A stretch of 64,000 nucleotides of DNA from assembly GCA_028281385.1 (NCBI GenBank), contig JANQJY010000049.1, forward strand, positions 507 to 64,506, written 5' to 3'. A program made the translations under genes and the position numbers. Positions 28,659 to 40,788 of the stretch are shown piece by piece. The notes under the pieces were generated by a model. It ran no database searches. It saw nothing but the letters and a program-made list of their open reading frames with translations, and was not told where the DNA came from. Each line of letters starts with the position of its first letter. Within the stretch, counting starts at the first letter, position 1. Source of the DNA: Rickettsiales bacterium (GTDB lineage: Bacteria; Pseudomonadota; Alphaproteobacteria; Rickettsiales; UBA3002).

Positions 28659-29089
28659 GTTACGAAATCGTCAAGGCATTGCATATTGTTTCCTTTATTT
28701 CCTGGATGGCAGGCATGCTTTACCTGCCGCGACTGTTTGTCTATCACGCCGGTGTGGAGGCAACCTCTGAAATGTCTGAAACCTTCAAAGTGATGGAGCA
28801 TAAGCTACTTCGTTTGATTATGACGCCGGCGATGATTGCCACCTGGATTTTCGGTATCTGGCTGATTGTAATCACGGGATATGGTGCACCCGGAACGGGT
28901 GGATGGATTCATGTGAAGATCGTATTAGCGCTTATCCTGTCCGGCATGCACGGCATGATGGCGAAATACCGCAAAGATTTTGAACGGAATGAAAATACAA
29001 AATCAGCGCGTTATTTCAAATGGTTCAATGAGATTCCGACGATAGTTATGGTCGCCATCGTGTTTCTTGCGGTTTTAAAGCCATTCTAA
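28655..29089 (+). CDS. hemJ: Protoporphyrinogen oxidase HemJ
   Basis: KALHIVSFISWMAGMLYLPRLFVYH, NEIPT, KPF end. Confidence 0.96.
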   Translation: MSYEIVKALHIVSFISWMAGMLYLPRLFVYHAGVEATSEMSETFKVMEHKLLRLIMTPAMIATWIFGIWLIVITGYGAPGTGGWIHVKIVLALILSGMHGMMAKYRKDFERNENTKSARYFKWFNEIPTIVMVAIVFLAVLKPF

Positions 29090-29240
29090 ATCATGATGTT
29101 ACATAAAAAAACTTGTTGACCTTTTTGATAAATAAGCTAAAGTTTTAATCAGCCTTCGGTCAGAAAGACCGCGTCAATGGATAATTCCAACCATTATTCA
29201 ACACATTAATTTCACTCCAACAAATAAATAGGCAGTCCCC

Positions 29241-30497
29241 ATGCGACTTAGAGAATTAAAGCAGAAAAAGCCCGATGAATTACTGACCATTGCTGAAGAG
29301 CATGAAATTGAAAATGCCAGTTCCATGCTCAAGCAGGAGATGATCTTCGCTATTCTCAAGGCCATGGCCGAGAAGGATCAGGAGATTATCGGTGAAGGAG
29401 TCATCGATGTGCTGCAGGACGGGTTTGGCTTTCTGCGCTCACCAGAAGCGAATTATCTCGCCGGACCGGATGATATTTATGTCTCTCCCAGCCAGATCAA
29501 GAAGTTCGGTCTGCGTACCGGTGATACCATCGAAGGCGAAGTCCGTGCGCCGAAGGATGGTGAGCGTTATTTTGCTTTGGTCAAAGTCACCTCCATCAAC
29601 TTCGACGAGCCGGAAAAAGCCAAGCATAAGGTCGCCTTTGACAATCTCACCCCACTCTATCCGGAAGATAAGATCATCATGGAAAAGGATGATCCGACCG
29701 ATAAGGATTTATCGGCACGGGTGATTGATCTGATTGCTCCGCAGGGAAACGGCCAGCGCACCCTGATCGTCGCGCCGCCACGCACCGGTAAGACGGTGAT
29801 GTTGCAGAATATCGCCCATTCGATTACTGCCAATCACCCCGAAGCGATATTGATCGTATTGCTGATTGACGAACGCCCGGAAGAAGTCACCGATATGGCG
29901 CGTTCAGTAAAAGGTGAAGTCGTCAGCTCGACTTTTGACGAGCCGGCACAGCGTCATGTGCAGCTGGCGGAAATGGTGATCGAAAAAGCCAAGCGCCTAG
30001 TCGAGCATAAAAAGGATGTGGTCATTCTGCTTGATTCGATTACGCGTCTGGCGCGCGCCTATAACACGGTGGTGCCGTCTTCGGGCAAGGTCTTGACCGG
30101 CGGAGTGGATGCCAATGCATTGCAGCGGCCGAAACGCTTTTTTGGTGCGGCGCGCAATATCGAGAACGGCGGATCGCTGACGATTATCGGCACCGCGCTG
30201 GTTGAGACCGGCAGCCGTATGGATGAAGTGATCTTTGAAGAATTCAAAGGTACCGGTAACTCTGAAATTATTCTTGATCGCAAACTCGCCGACAAGCGTG
30301 TGTGGCCGGCGATCGATATTACCCGTTCCGGCACGCGTAAGGAAGACATGCTCTATGATGAAGGGCAATATACCAAGGTCATGGTGCTGCGCCGCATCCT
30401 CAACCCGATGGGCACGATGGATGCGATGGAATTCCTGCTTGATAAGATGAAGGATACCAAGACCAACGACGAATTCTTCGAGCGGATGAATCGTTAA
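29241..30497 (+). CDS. rho: Transcription termination factor Rho
   Basis: [34 protein letters not shown]. Confidence 0.99.
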   Translation: MRLRELKQKKPDELLTIAEEHEIENASSMLKQEMIFAILKAMAEKDQEIIGEGVIDVLQDGFGFLRSPEANYLAGPDDIYVSPSQIKKFGLRTGDTIEGEVRAPKDGERYFALVKVTSINFDEPEKAKHKVAFDNLTPLYPEDKIIMEKDDPTDKDLSARVIDLIAPQGNGQRTLIVAPPRTGKTVMLQNIAHSITANHPEAILIVLLIDERPEEVTDMARSVKGEVVSSTFDEPAQRHVQLAEMVIEKAKRLVEHKKDVVILLDSITRLARAYNTVVPSSGKVLTGGVDANALQRPKRFFGAARNIENGGSLTIIGTALVETGSRMDEVIFEEFKGTGNSEIILDRKLADKRVWPAIDITRSGTRKEDMLYDEGQYTKVMVLRRILNPMGTMDAMEFLLDKMKDTKTNDEFFERMNR

Positions 30498-30503
30498 CGG
30501 TCT

Positions 30504-30626
30504 TTATTTCTTAGAGATAACAAGCCATTCTCGAATATCCCCAAAAAGCATCCATCCGCCGATAATGATAAATCTGGTAAGGTTAATGGCGCAATAGATG
30601 GTCATAATGATAAAAAGAGCCTCCAT
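30504..30626 (-). CDS. Small hydrophobic peptide (40 aa), not in the ORF track
   Basis: Hand translation MEALFIIMTIYCAINLTRFIIIGGWMLFGDIREWLVISKK; weak AAGAGA RBS; divergent from the XRE gene. Confidence 0.4.
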   Translation of the reverse strand: MEALFIIMTIYCAINLTRFIIIGGWMLFGDIREWLVISKK

Positions 30627-30656
30627 CTGTTCTCTTATAAAAAGCAACCCACATAA

Positions 30657-30685
30657 GCAATATCTATTGCAGCAATAGTAATTGC
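30657..30685. promoter_or_regulatory. Tandem palindromic operators
   Basis: GCAATATCTATTGC (30657-30670) and GCAATAGTAATTGC (30672-30685), 15-bp period, upstream of the XRE gene. Confidence 0.6.
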
Positions 30686-30721
30686 GTAGTGAATTTTCGT
30701 CAATTCCATAATTTTATGATT

Positions 30722-30964
30722 ATGGATAAAAAGGAAAAGGAAGCGTTCATCCGGGCATTTATTGACACGCTGATAGAAGAGCGCAAGAAGCGTAATTTGA
30801 GTCATGAAAAACTGGCGCAGAAAGCCGGACTGACTCGTCAAGCGATTGGAAGGCTGGAGAGTGATGTGAGTTCACCGACGCTGGTAACCTGTTATAAACT
30901 GGCAAAAGCAATGGACCTTAAGCTGTCGGGTTTGATGCTGAAAATAGAAGAGAAACTGGGTTAG
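30722..30964 (+). CDS. XRE-family HTH transcriptional regulator
   Basis: RKKRNLSHEKLAQKAGLTRQAIGRLE...PTL HTH_3 pattern; start at 30716 or 30722. Confidence 0.88.
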   Translation: MDKKEKEAFIRAFIDTLIEERKKRNLSHEKLAQKAGLTRQAIGRLESDVSSPTLVTCYKLAKAMDLKLSGLMLKIEEKLG

Positions 30965-30968
30965 CAAA

Positions 30969-31181
30969 ATAGATACAATAAAAAACGTTAAAAAACGGCT
31001 TGGAGCAAATATCCGAAAGCTGCGAAAGCAAAGGGGATTTTCTCAGGAATCTTTCTCATTCGAGTGCGGGTTGCATCGTACTTATACCGGTGCGATAGAA
31101 CGTGGCGAACAGAATGTGTCGATCGAAAATATTGTCAAAATCGCCAATGCCCTTGACGTGGATATTGTCGAATTATTCTGA
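30969..31181 (+). CDS. XRE/C-protein-like HTH regulator with no canonical start codon (ATA start or pseudogene)
   Basis: Hand translation IDTIKNVKKRLGANIRKLRKQRGFSQESFSFECGLHRTYTGAIERGEQNVSIENIVKIANALDVDIVELF; in-frame TAG at 30945-30947 and no ATG/GTG/TTG before the domain. Confidence 0.75.
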   Translation: MDTIKNVKKRLGANIRKLRKQRGFSQESFSFECGLHRTYTGAIERGEQNVSIENIVKIANALDVDIVELF

Positions 31182-31277
31182 TTCTTTCCGGAAAAGCCGG
31201 AAAAGAATGCATCTTTTTGTCCCATTTGCCTAATCATTAAAGTCCTTTCTTGAGTTTTTGTTTTGGCTTGCGTATAA

Positions 31278-32258
<981 letters not shown>

Positions 32259-32268
32259 GTGGAATGGT

Positions 32269-33444
32269 ATGAATATTCATGAATATCAGGCGAAGACGAT
32301 TTTAAGCAAATACGGAGTAGCGGTCCCGCGCGGCGGGGTGGCCTTTACCCCGGCCGAAGCGGAGAAAGCGGCACAGGAACTGGGCGGCACCTTATGGGTG
32401 GTCAAAGCGCAGATTCATGCGGGTGGCCGTGGTAAGGGCGGAGGTGTGAAGCTCGCCAAATCGCTCGATGAGGTGGGACAGCTTGCCAAGGAAATGCTGG
32501 GCATGACGCTGGTGACGCACCAGACCGGACCGGAAGGAAAAGAGGTCAAACGCATCTATGTCGAGGAAGGCTCGGACATTGGCAAGGAACTTTATTTGTC
32601 TGTGATTATCGACCGGGCAACCAGTCGCATTACTTTTATGGCGTCATCCGAAGGCGGCATGGATATTGAAGAGGTGGCGGCCAAAACGCCGGAAAAGATT
32701 ATTACCACAACGATTGATCCGGCAACGGGTATTCAGCCGTTCCATGTGCGCGTGTTAGCGAAAGGGCTGGGTGTCGGCAAAGATCTGGCAAAAGATTTCC
32801 ATAATTTCGTGACAGGGCTTTATAAGGCGTTTGTCGACACCGATGCCTCGCAGATCGAAATCAATCCGCTGGTGATTACCAAGCAGAATCAGTTGCTGGC
32901 GCTTGATGCCAAATTCAATTTTGATGATAACGCGCTCTATCGCCATCCGGATATTATGGATATGCGTGATGAAGATGAAGAAGATCCGCTCGAATTGAAA
33001 GCCGGAAAATTCGGTCTGTCTTACGTGAAGATGGACGGCAATATCGGTTGCATGGTCAACGGAGCCGGACTGGCGATGGCGACGATGGATATCATCAAGC
33101 TCTATGGCGGTGAGCCGGCGAATTTCCTTGATGTCGGCGGTGGCGCCAATAAGGAGAAGGTGACAGAGGCTTTCAAGCTGATTCTGTCTGATCCGGCGGT
33201 GGAAGGCATCTTGGTCAATATTTTCGGTGGTATCATGCGCTGCGACATTATTGCCGAAGGCGTGATCGGTGCGGCAAAGGAAGTCAATCTGGCGATTCCG
33301 CTAGTGGTGCGTCTGGCGGGCACCAATGTCGAGCTGGGCAAGAAGATGCTGGCAAATTCCGGCCTGTCGATCATCCCGGCGGATGATCTGGCAGATGCCG
33401 CGGAAAAAATTGTTGGATCAGTGAAGAATAAGGAGGCAGCGTAA
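32269..33444 (+). CDS. sucC: Succinyl-CoA synthetase beta subunit
   Basis: [31 protein letters not shown]. Confidence 0.99.
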   Translation: MNIHEYQAKTILSKYGVAVPRGGVAFTPAEAEKAAQELGGTLWVVKAQIHAGGRGKGGGVKLAKSLDEVGQLAKEMLGMTLVTHQTGPEGKEVKRIYVEEGSDIGKELYLSVIIDRATSRITFMASSEGGMDIEEVAAKTPEKIITTTIDPATGIQPFHVRVLAKGLGVGKDLAKDFHNFVTGLYKAFVDTDASQIEINPLVITKQNQLLALDAKFNFDDNALYRHPDIMDMRDEDEEDPLELKAGKFGLSYVKMDGNIGCMVNGAGLAMATMDIIKLYGGEPANFLDVGGGANKEKVTEAFKLILSDPAVEGILVNIFGGIMRCDIIAEGVIGAAKEVNLAIPLVVRLAGTNVELGKKMLANSGLSIIPADDLADAAEKIVGSVKNKEAA

Positions 33445-34319
33445 TGGCGATCATGGTCACGAAAAAAACGAAAGTCGTCTGTCAGGGGTTTACTGGGCGA
33501 GAAGGCACCTATCATTCCGAACAGGCGATTGCTTACGGCACCAACATGGTCGGCGGCGTGACGCCGGGCAAGGGAGGAACGACGCATTTGGAACTACCGG
33601 TTTTCGATACGGTGCATGAAGCCAGAGATAAAACCGGCGCCAATGCTTCCGTTATTTACGTGCCGCCGCCCTTTGCTGCCGATGCGATTCTGGAAGCTGT
33701 AGATGCTGAAATGGAGTTGGTGATTTGCATTACTGAAGGCATTCCCGTGCTCGATATGGTGAAGGTGAAACGTGCGCTGTCCAATTCCAAAACGCGTCTG
33801 GTCGGGCCGAACTGCCCGGGAGTGATTACGCCGGAGGAATGCAAGATTGGGATTATGCCGGGCCATATTCACAAAAAGGGGCGTATCGGCATTTTGTCAC
33901 GTTCTGGTACATTAACTTATGAGGCGGTGGCACAAACCACAGCGGAGGGAATGGGGCAATCAACCTGTGTCGGTATCGGTGGTGATCCGGTCAATGGCAC
34001 GAATTTTACCGATGTGCTGGAAATGTTTCTGGCTGATGAAGAGACCGATGCGATTATTATGATCGGTGAGATCGGGGGCTCTGCCGAAGAGGAAGCGGCT
34101 GATTTCCTTAAATCCTCGAAAGTGAAAAAGCCGGTAGTCGGCTTTGTGGCCGGGCGCACTGCGCCTCCAGGGCGCCGTATGGGTCATGCCGGAGCGATTG
34201 TTTCCGGCGGCAAGGGCGGTGCGGAAGACAAGATCGAAGCCATGCGCTCTGCTGGAATCCATGTGGCGGATTCTCCGGCGGCGCTGGGCAAAACCATGGC
34301 GGAAGCACTGGCGGCGTAG
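33444..34319 (+). CDS. sucD: Succinyl-CoA synthetase alpha subunit
   Basis: QGFTG, GPNCPG, RMGHAGA. Confidence 0.99.
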   Translation: MAIMVTKKTKVVCQGFTGREGTYHSEQAIAYGTNMVGGVTPGKGGTTHLELPVFDTVHEARDKTGANASVIYVPPPFAADAILEAVDAEMELVICITEGIPVLDMVKVKRALSNSKTRLVGPNCPGVITPEECKIGIMPGHIHKKGRIGILSRSGTLTYEAVAQTTAEGMGQSTCVGIGGDPVNGTNFTDVLEMFLADEETDAIIMIGEIGGSAEEEAADFLKSSKVKKPVVGFVAGRTAPPGRRMGHAGAIVSGGKGGAEDKIEAMRSAGIHVADSPAALGKTMAEALAA

Positions 34320-34394
34320 CGATTTTACTTGGCTTTCGCCGAGAGCTCCGCTACACACGGTCAAAAGAAGAATATACAGGGACGGTTAGTCTTT

Positions 34395-37277
34395 ATGGCC
34401 AACGAAACGGAACAAACCTCGTATCTTTACGGCGCTAACAGCGTGTTCGTGGAAGAGTTGTTTCAGCGCTATCTAGCCAATCCTTCCTCGGTTGACCCAA
34501 GCTGGCAGCGCTTTTTTTCCGATATGGACGGTAGTGCACAGGAAAAGGCCAGCTGGGCGAAAGAAATCAGTGCCGTTGTCGGTCAGCATGACGTTGAGGC
34601 GTTGGAAGCTTCTCAAAAAGCGGCGAATAAGGGTGTAGCACCTGTATCCGGCGTGACACAGGATAGTGTGCGTGCGCTGATGTTGATTCATGCGCATCGT
34701 GTGCGCGGGCATCTGATGGCCGAGCTGGACCCACTGCAACTGAAAGAAAAAGACCCGCATCCGGAACTGGATCCGGCCAATTACGGCTTTACCGAGGCCG
34801 ATCTGGATAAGGAAATCTTCCTTGACGGGGTGTTGGGGCTTGAAAAAGCGACGTTACGCGAGATTATTCAGATCGTACGCCAGACCTATTGTCATCATAT
34901 TGGTGTAGAATTCATGCATATTCAGTATCCGGAACAGAAAAGCTGGATACAGGAACGCGTCGAAGGCATGAGAGGTCAGCCAACGTTGACGGACAGAGAA
35001 AAGAAAAGCCTGTTGCATTGGTTGATCGAAGTAGAGGCATTTGAAGATTTTCTACAGGTAAAATATCCCGGTATGAAACGCTTTTCCATCCAGGGAGGAG
35101 ATTCAACTATTCCCGGACTGGAGGTGATTTTAGAAGTTGCTTCAGATATCGGGGTGGAGGAGATTGTCATCGGCATGCCGCATCGCGGGCGCATGAATGT
35201 GCTGACGACAATCATGGGCAAGCCTTATTCCGAATTACTGTCGATTTTCCACGGCAATCTCGATTTTCCGGAATCTGTCGGCAGTTCCGGGGATGTGAAA
35301 TATCATCTGGGCGCATCGCAGGATCGCACCATGCCCAACGGCAAGAACATGCATCTGTCGCTGACGGCCAACCCGTCACATCTCGAGGCAGTCAATCCGG
35401 TGGTGTGTGGCAAGGTGCGTGCCAAGCAGGACCAGTTGGGAGATGAAACGAAATCAAAGGTCATGGGGTTGACGCTGCATGGCGATGCTGCTTTTGCCGG
35501 ACAGGGCTCAGTGGCGGAAACGCTGGCGCTGAGCGAGTTGCGCGGGCATCGCACCGGTGGGACGGTGCATGTGATTGTCAATAATCAGATCGGTTTTACC
35601 ACCAGTCCGCATTTCTCGCGTTTTACGCCCTACCCGTCTGATGTGGCGAAAATGGTGCAGGCGCCGATCTTTCACGTCAATGGCGATGATGTCGAAGCGG
35701 TGGCGACCTGTTGTCGCTTGGCGACGCAGTTCCGTCAACAGTTCAAACGCGATGTGGTGGTGGATATTTTTTGTTACCGTAAATATGGTCATAATGAAGG
35801 CGATGAGCCGATGTTCACCCAGCCGAAAATGTATAAGGCCATCGCGAAACATGACTCTCCGGCACGTATTTATGCGAAAAAACTGATTGCGGAAGGATTG
35901 GTCAATCAGGCTCATGTCGATGCTGAATATAAAAAATTCAATGATCATTTTGAAGAAGCGTTTGGTGAAGGGGAGAATTTCATTCCCAATAAGGCCAACT
36001 GGCTAGAGGGCAAATGGTCAAGCATCAGCCGGCCGGAACAGGGAGTAAAGCCCGATGTCGATACTGGTGTTCCGTTGAAAAAGCTTAAGGAACTGGGCGA
36101 TGCTATTACGGAAATTCCGCAGGGATTTACGGCAAATCGCAAACTGGTGCGCATTTTTAAAGCCAAGCGTGAGGCGATTCAGTCTGGCAAAGAGTTGGAT
36201 TGGTCGGCGGCTGAGGGGCTGGCCTTTGCGTCTCTTTTGAAAGAAGGGTTTCCGGTGCGTCTTGCCGGGCAGGATTCCGAGCGCGGGACGTTCGCGCACC
36301 GCCATTCGGTGCTGACCGATCAGGAGACGGATGAGCGTTATACGCCGCTGAATCACCTTGGTGGTGAGCAGGCACACTATGAAGTCATCAACAGCGCCTT
36401 GTCGGAACTGGCGATTCTAGGATTTGAATATGGCTATTCGCTGGCCGAGCCCAATGCGCTGGTCATTTGGGAAGCGCAGTTTGGCGATTTTGCCAATGGC
36501 GCGCAGATGATCATTGATCAGTTTGTTTCTTCCGGTGAAATCAAATGGCTGCGTATGTCGGGACTGGTGATGCTGTTGCCGCATGGCTATGAAGGCCAGG
36601 GCCCCGAACATAGCTCGGCACGGCTGGAGCGCTTCCTGCAGCTGTGTGGAGAAGATAACATGCAAGTAGTCAATTGCACGACACCGGCCAATATATTTCA
36701 TGTGTTGCGCCGTCAGCTATGCCGTAATTTCCGCAAACCGCTGATTGTCATGACGCCGAAGTCGCTGCTGCGCCACCGTTTATGCAAATCTGATCTGAAG
36801 GAACTTGGACCGAAAACCAGTTTCAAACGCGTGATTCCGGAGATAGATAAACTGGAAGCGGATGACAAGATCAAACGCGTGATTCTGACCAGCGGAAAGG
36901 TCTATTATGATCTACTCGAAGCGCGCCGTGAGAAAAAAATGAAAGATATCGCGATTGTACGGTTGGAGCAATATTATCCATTCCCGGAAGCGGAAATAAA
37001 AGAACAGCTGAAGCGCTATAAAAATGCGGAAGTGGTGTGGGTGCAGGAAGAACCGAAAAATATGGGCGCGTGGAGTTTTGTACGTTCCTACATCGAAGTC
37101 ATTATGGACGAGCTGGGCCGCGGACAGGAGCGTATTCATTATGTCGGACGGGTGAATGCAGCATCTCCGGCGGCAGGTTACCTGAGAATTCATGAAAAAG
37201 AACAGAAAGATGTGGTTAATAATGCGCTGGCGTTCAGGAAACAAAGAGCGAAGCAGCCAAAAAGAAAAGCCTCTTAG
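34395..37277 (+). CDS. sucA: 2-oxoglutarate dehydrogenase E1
   Basis: GMPHRGR, HGDAAFAGQG, WEAQFGDF, GPEHSSAR; start moved to ATG 34395. Confidence 0.98.
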   Translation: MANETEQTSYLYGANSVFVEELFQRYLANPSSVDPSWQRFFSDMDGSAQEKASWAKEISAVVGQHDVEALEASQKAANKGVAPVSGVTQDSVRALMLIHAHRVRGHLMAELDPLQLKEKDPHPELDPANYGFTEADLDKEIFLDGVLGLEKATLREIIQIVRQTYCHHIGVEFMHIQYPEQKSWIQERVEGMRGQPTLTDREKKSLLHWLIEVEAFEDFLQVKYPGMKRFSIQGGDSTIPGLEVILEVASDIGVEEIVIGMPHRGRMNVLTTIMGKPYSELLSIFHGNLDFPESVGSSGDVKYHLGASQDRTMPNGKNMHLSLTANPSHLEAVNPVVCGKVRAKQDQLGDETKSKVMGLTLHGDAAFAGQGSVAETLALSELRGHRTGGTVHVIVNNQIGFTTSPHFSRFTPYPSDVAKMVQAPIFHVNGDDVEAVATCCRLATQFRQQFKRDVVVDIFCYRKYGHNEGDEPMFTQPKMYKAIAKHDSPARIYAKKLIAEGLVNQAHVDAEYKKFNDHFEEAFGEGENFIPNKANWLEGKWSSISRPEQGVKPDVDTGVPLKKLKELGDAITEIPQGFTANRKLVRIFKAKREAIQSGKELDWSAAEGLAFASLLKEGFPVRLAGQDSERGTFAHRHSVLTDQETDERYTPLNHLGGEQAHYEVINSALSELAILGFEYGYSLAEPNALVIWEAQFGDFANGAQMIIDQFVSSGEIKWLRMSGLVMLLPHGYEGQGPEHSSARLERFLQLCGEDNMQVVNCTTPANIFHVLRRQLCRNFRKPLIVMTPKSLLRHRLCKSDLKELGPKTSFKRVIPEIDKLEADDKIKRVILTSGKVYYDLLEARREKKMKDIAIVRLEQYYPFPEAEIKEQLKRYKNAEVVWVQEEPKNMGAWSFVRSYIEVIMDELGRGQERIHYVGRVNAASPAAGYLRIHEKEQKDVVNNALAFRKQRAKQPKRKAS

Positions 37278-37295
37278 CACGACAGGAGAAGAGTT

Positions 37296-38480
37296 ATGTC
37301 AGGAGAGATTATTGTTCCATCATTAGGTGAATCGGTCAGTGAAGCGACGGTTGCCAAATGGTTCAAACAGCCCGGCGATTCGGTGGACAAGGATGAACCG
37401 ATTGTCGAGTTGGAAACGGACAAAGTAACGTTGGAAGTCAATGCGCCGGAAGCGGGAGCGTTGAAGGAAATCGCCGTTAAGGTGGATGAGACGGTGGAAG
37501 TCGGTGCTGTATTGGGTAAGATTGATGTCGGAGCATCCGGCAAGGCATCGGCAGCTAAGAAAGCTTCTAAGCCTGAGAAAGCGACTTCGTCAGCGCCAGT
37601 TCCGCAACCGGCCAGCGGTAAACAGCCCGGCCCGGCAGCGGCGAAGTTACTGGCAGAGAACTCCAAGCTCAACCCTGCAACGATTCCGGCGACCGGCAAG
37701 GATGGACGCCTGACCAAGGGAGATGTGCTCAAAGCTATCGAAGGTGGTGATGGCATGGCAACGGTGCCGGCGGCTGGTCCGCGTGAAGAGCGGGTAAAAA
37801 TGTCCAAACTGCGTCAGGTGATAGCCAAGCGCCTGAAGGAATCACAAAATACTGCGGCGATTCTCACCACCTTCAATGAAATCGACATGTCGAACGTCAT
37901 GGCGCTGCGTAAAGAGTATAAAGAAGATTTTGAGAAAAAGCACGGCGTACGGCTGGGCTTCATGGGCTTTTTTGTCAAGGCGGCTGTTAATGCGCTTAAG
38001 CAGATTCCCGAGGTGAACGCCTCGATTGAAGGCGATGAAATCATCTACAAGAATTATTACGATATCGGTGTCGCGGTGGGAACGCCCCAAGGGTTGGTCG
38101 TGCCGGTGATCCGTGATTGTGACCGCAAATCGCTGGCTGAGATTGAAAATGAGATTACCGAAAAAGCCATGAAGGCTCGCGAAGGCAGTTTGTCGATGGA
38201 AGAGCTGACCGGCGGATCATTTACTGTTTCGAATGGTGGGGTCTATGGTTCGCTCATGTCCACACCAATCATCAACCCGCCGCAATCGGGTATTCTCGGT
38301 ATGCATAAGACCGAACAACGCCCGATCGTACTGCCGTCCGGCGAAATTGCCGCACGGCCAATGATGTATGTCGCGCTGTCTTACGATCACCGAATTATTG
38401 ACGGGCGTGAGTCGGTGACTTTCCTCGTCAAGGTCAAGGAAGCGATTGAAGATCCACGGCGTTTGTTGCTGGGACTGTAA
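37296..38480 (+). CDS. sucB: 2-oxoglutarate dehydrogenase E2 (dihydrolipoyllysine succinyltransferase)
   Basis: Lipoyl ETDKV, E3-binding TGKDGRLTK, catalytic YDHRIIDG. Confidence 0.98.
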   Translation: MSGEIIVPSLGESVSEATVAKWFKQPGDSVDKDEPIVELETDKVTLEVNAPEAGALKEIAVKVDETVEVGAVLGKIDVGASGKASAAKKASKPEKATSSAPVPQPASGKQPGPAAAKLLAENSKLNPATIPATGKDGRLTKGDVLKAIEGGDGMATVPAAGPREERVKMSKLRQVIAKRLKESQNTAAILTTFNEIDMSNVMALRKEYKEDFEKKHGVRLGFMGFFVKAAVNALKQIPEVNASIEGDEIIYKNYYDIGVAVGTPQGLVVPVIRDCDRKSLAEIENEITEKAMKAREGSLSMEELTGGSFTVSNGGVYGSLMSTPIINPPQSGILGMHKTEQRPIVLPSGEIAARPMMYVALSYDHRIIDGRESVTFLVKVKEAIEDPRRLLLGL

Positions 38481-38495
38481 TATAAGGGGATCAAT

Positions 38496-39878
38496 ATGGA
38501 TTATGATCTGATTGTCATTGGCGGCGGGCCGGGCGGTTATGTCGGAGCGATTCGTGCGGCGCAGCTGGGTATGAAAGTCGCCTGTGTGGAAAAACGCGGC
38601 GCACTGGGCGGTACCTGTTTGAATGTCGGTTGTATCCCTTCCAAGGCCCTGCTGGAATCGTCGCATCATTATGAGGCGGCGAATCATGAGTTCGGGCAGC
38701 ACGGCATTGAGGTGACGACCAAACTCAATCTCAAGCAGATGATGAAAAATAAGGATGAGATTGTGAAAGGACTCACCGGCGGCATCGAAATGCTGTTTCA
38801 GAAAAACAAGGTGGAATATGTCAAAGGCCATGGCACGATTACTGGTGCGAACGAAGTGACGGTCGGGAAAAAGAAACTCTCGACCAAACATATTATGATC
38901 GCCACCGGCTCGGATGTGATGCCGCTGCCGGGCGTGAAGATTGATGAAAAGCAGATAGTCTCTTCCACTGGTGCGCTGGAGCTGAGCAAAGTGCCCAAAC
39001 ATCTGATCATGATCGGCGGTGGTGTCATCGGGCTGGAGCTTGGTTCGGTCTGGCGGCGTCTGGGCGCGAAAGTCACCGTGATTGAATTTATGGACCGTAT
39101 CACCCCGGGAATGGATGCAGGACTGACCAAAGAATTCCATAAGCTGCTTGAGAAACAGGGATTTGAATTCAAACTCAGCACCAAGGTTACCGGTGCAAAA
39201 AAAGATGCCAAAGGCGTCACCCTGACGATGGAACCTGCCAGCGGCGGCAAAAGGGAAACGATGAAGGCCGATGTGGTGCTGGTCTCGATCGGACGCAGGC
39301 CGTATACGGATAAGCTGGGGCTGGATAAGGTCGGGATTGAGACCGATAAGCGCGGCTTTATTCCGGTCAATGAGCAGTGGCAGACCTCGGTGCCGGGTAT
39401 TTACGCCATCGGCGATGTGATTGTCGGGCCGATGCTGGCGCATAAGGCCGAAGAAGAAGGCGTGGCCGTTGCCGAGATACTCGCCGGACAGCATGGCCAT
39501 GTGAATTACAATGTTATTCCGAGTGTGATCTATACCTGGCCGGAGGTGGCGTCCGTCGGGCAGACCGAGGAACAACTGAAAGAGGCCGGTATCGATTACA
39601 AGGCCGGAAAATTTAGTTTCATGGCGAATTCACGCGCACGTGCAACGTTGCAGACGGATGGTTTTGTGAAAATTCTGTCCGATAAAATCACCGATCAGGT
39701 GCTGGGTGTGCATATTATCGGTCCGCAGGCCGGCGATCTGATCCATGAATGCTGCGTTGCGATGGAGTTTGGCGCCAGCGCCGAGGATATTGCGCGCACC
39801 TGTCATGCCCATCCGACCCTGAGCGAGGCGGTCAAAGAGGCGGCGCTGGCCGTCGATAAACGCCAGATTCACAGTTGA
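38496..39878 (+). CDS. lpdA: Dihydrolipoyl dehydrogenase
   Basis: [27 protein letters not shown]. Confidence 0.98.
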   Translation: MDYDLIVIGGGPGGYVGAIRAAQLGMKVACVEKRGALGGTCLNVGCIPSKALLESSHHYEAANHEFGQHGIEVTTKLNLKQMMKNKDEIVKGLTGGIEMLFQKNKVEYVKGHGTITGANEVTVGKKKLSTKHIMIATGSDVMPLPGVKIDEKQIVSSTGALELSKVPKHLIMIGGGVIGLELGSVWRRLGAKVTVIEFMDRITPGMDAGLTKEFHKLLEKQGFEFKLSTKVTGAKKDAKGVTLTMEPASGGKRETMKADVVLVSIGRRPYTDKLGLDKVGIETDKRGFIPVNEQWQTSVPGIYAIGDVIVGPMLAHKAEEEGVAVAEILAGQHGHVNYNVIPSVIYTWPEVASVGQTEEQLKEAGIDYKAGKFSFMANSRARATLQTDGFVKILSDKITDQVLGVHIIGPQAGDLIHECCVAMEFGASAEDIARTCHAHPTLSEAVKEAALAVDKRQIHS

Positions 39879-39952
39879 CGGGTTCGAGTTAAGGCGCATC
39901 GCGCCTTTACGAACCCGTCATCCTCGGGCGAACGCAGTGAGGCCCGGGAATC
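39876..39952. repeat. Long hairpin followed by a REP-like palindrome
   Basis: TGACGGGTTCG/CGAACCCGTCA outer stem with inner AAGGCGC/GCGCCTT; then GTCATCCTCGGGCG...GCCCGGGAATC, which resembles alphaproteobacterial short palindromic repeats. Confidence 0.55.
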
Positions 39953-39976
39953 TTGTGCCACTTGCCGGAACATTTA

Positions 39977-40768
39977 TTAGAATCCGCCATTGAAGAAAAT
40001 CGGGCACGCTCTAGCGTTTAAGTCCAAATTATAAAGTGACGTGACAGGGTCATTTGTGGTGGTGCAGTCGGGCGCAAGGATCCATCCCTGCTTTGGCGCG
40101 GTGACCTTGCCGGTGGCCGGATTGCCGTCATCAAGCTTGCTATCGATATTCCACGCTTCCTGAGGGGTTAAAATGTCCCGTACCGGCTCCGGGGGGCTAT
40201 CGAAATCGCGGGTCAGTTCTATCAGGTGCCACTCACCCAGTGTGAACCAGCCAGGATGAGCGACCGTCATGTTTAACCAGGCGACATTAAAATGGGTATT
40301 TGCCAGTTTGCCGGCCAGTGCATTTTCACCGCCAATACGATTGTTATTGCCAGAGATTACGTGTGTGCCGGTATAGCTGCCTTCCACCAGCCCGGCATTG
40401 GCTAGATGCTGCCACAACCGGCCCCGTTCGTGGGGTCCGGTACCGGTGTATCCTTTGTGGATATCGCCATCTCCGTTGCCGTTGCAGGTTGGCTTGCCGG
40501 AGGATTCGCTTAAATAGCAGGTATCGTCATTCCCGGTGGTGCCTGCCTCAATACCCCAGAAATCGGTGGCATTGGGCATATCGCCGGGCAGGGCGAGATA
40601 TCTATCGCGGAAGGTATGAATAGCAGTTTGGATTTGGGTAAGCTGGGTCGTCACACTACGTAATTCGGCAGCGCGTATGAGGTTTTGTCCTGTCAGAATG
40701 CCGCCTGTGAGCAGTCCCAGGATGACGAGCACAATGCTTAGCTCGACCAGTGAAAATCCATGATGCAT
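39977..40768 (-). CDS. Prepilin-type N-terminal cleavage/methylation domain protein (type IV pilin/pseudopilin-like)
   Basis: G|FSLVELSIVLVILGLL class III signal; YLALPGD; conserved-looking IDSKLDDG.P.TG; Cys pairs. Confidence 0.9.
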   Translation of the reverse strand: MHHGFSLVELSIVLVILGLLTGGILTGQNLIRAAELRSVTTQLTQIQTAIHTFRDRYLALPGDMPNATDFWGIEAGTTGNDDTCYLSESSGKPTCNGNGDGDIHKGYTGTGPHERGRLWQHLANAGLVEGSYTGTHVISGNNNRIGGENALAGKLANTHFNVAWLNMTVAHPGWFTLGEWHLIELTRDFDSPPEPVRDILTPQEAWNIDSKLDDGNPATGKVTAPKQGWILAPDCTTTNDPVTSLYNLDLNARACPIFFNGGF

Positions 40769-40788
40769 GGTAAAACCCTCCTCGATAA

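Noticed and set aside
38217-39575. 452-aa antisense ORF
   Set aside because: Mirror frame of the well-conserved lpdA/sucB; no motifs; expected from codon bias.
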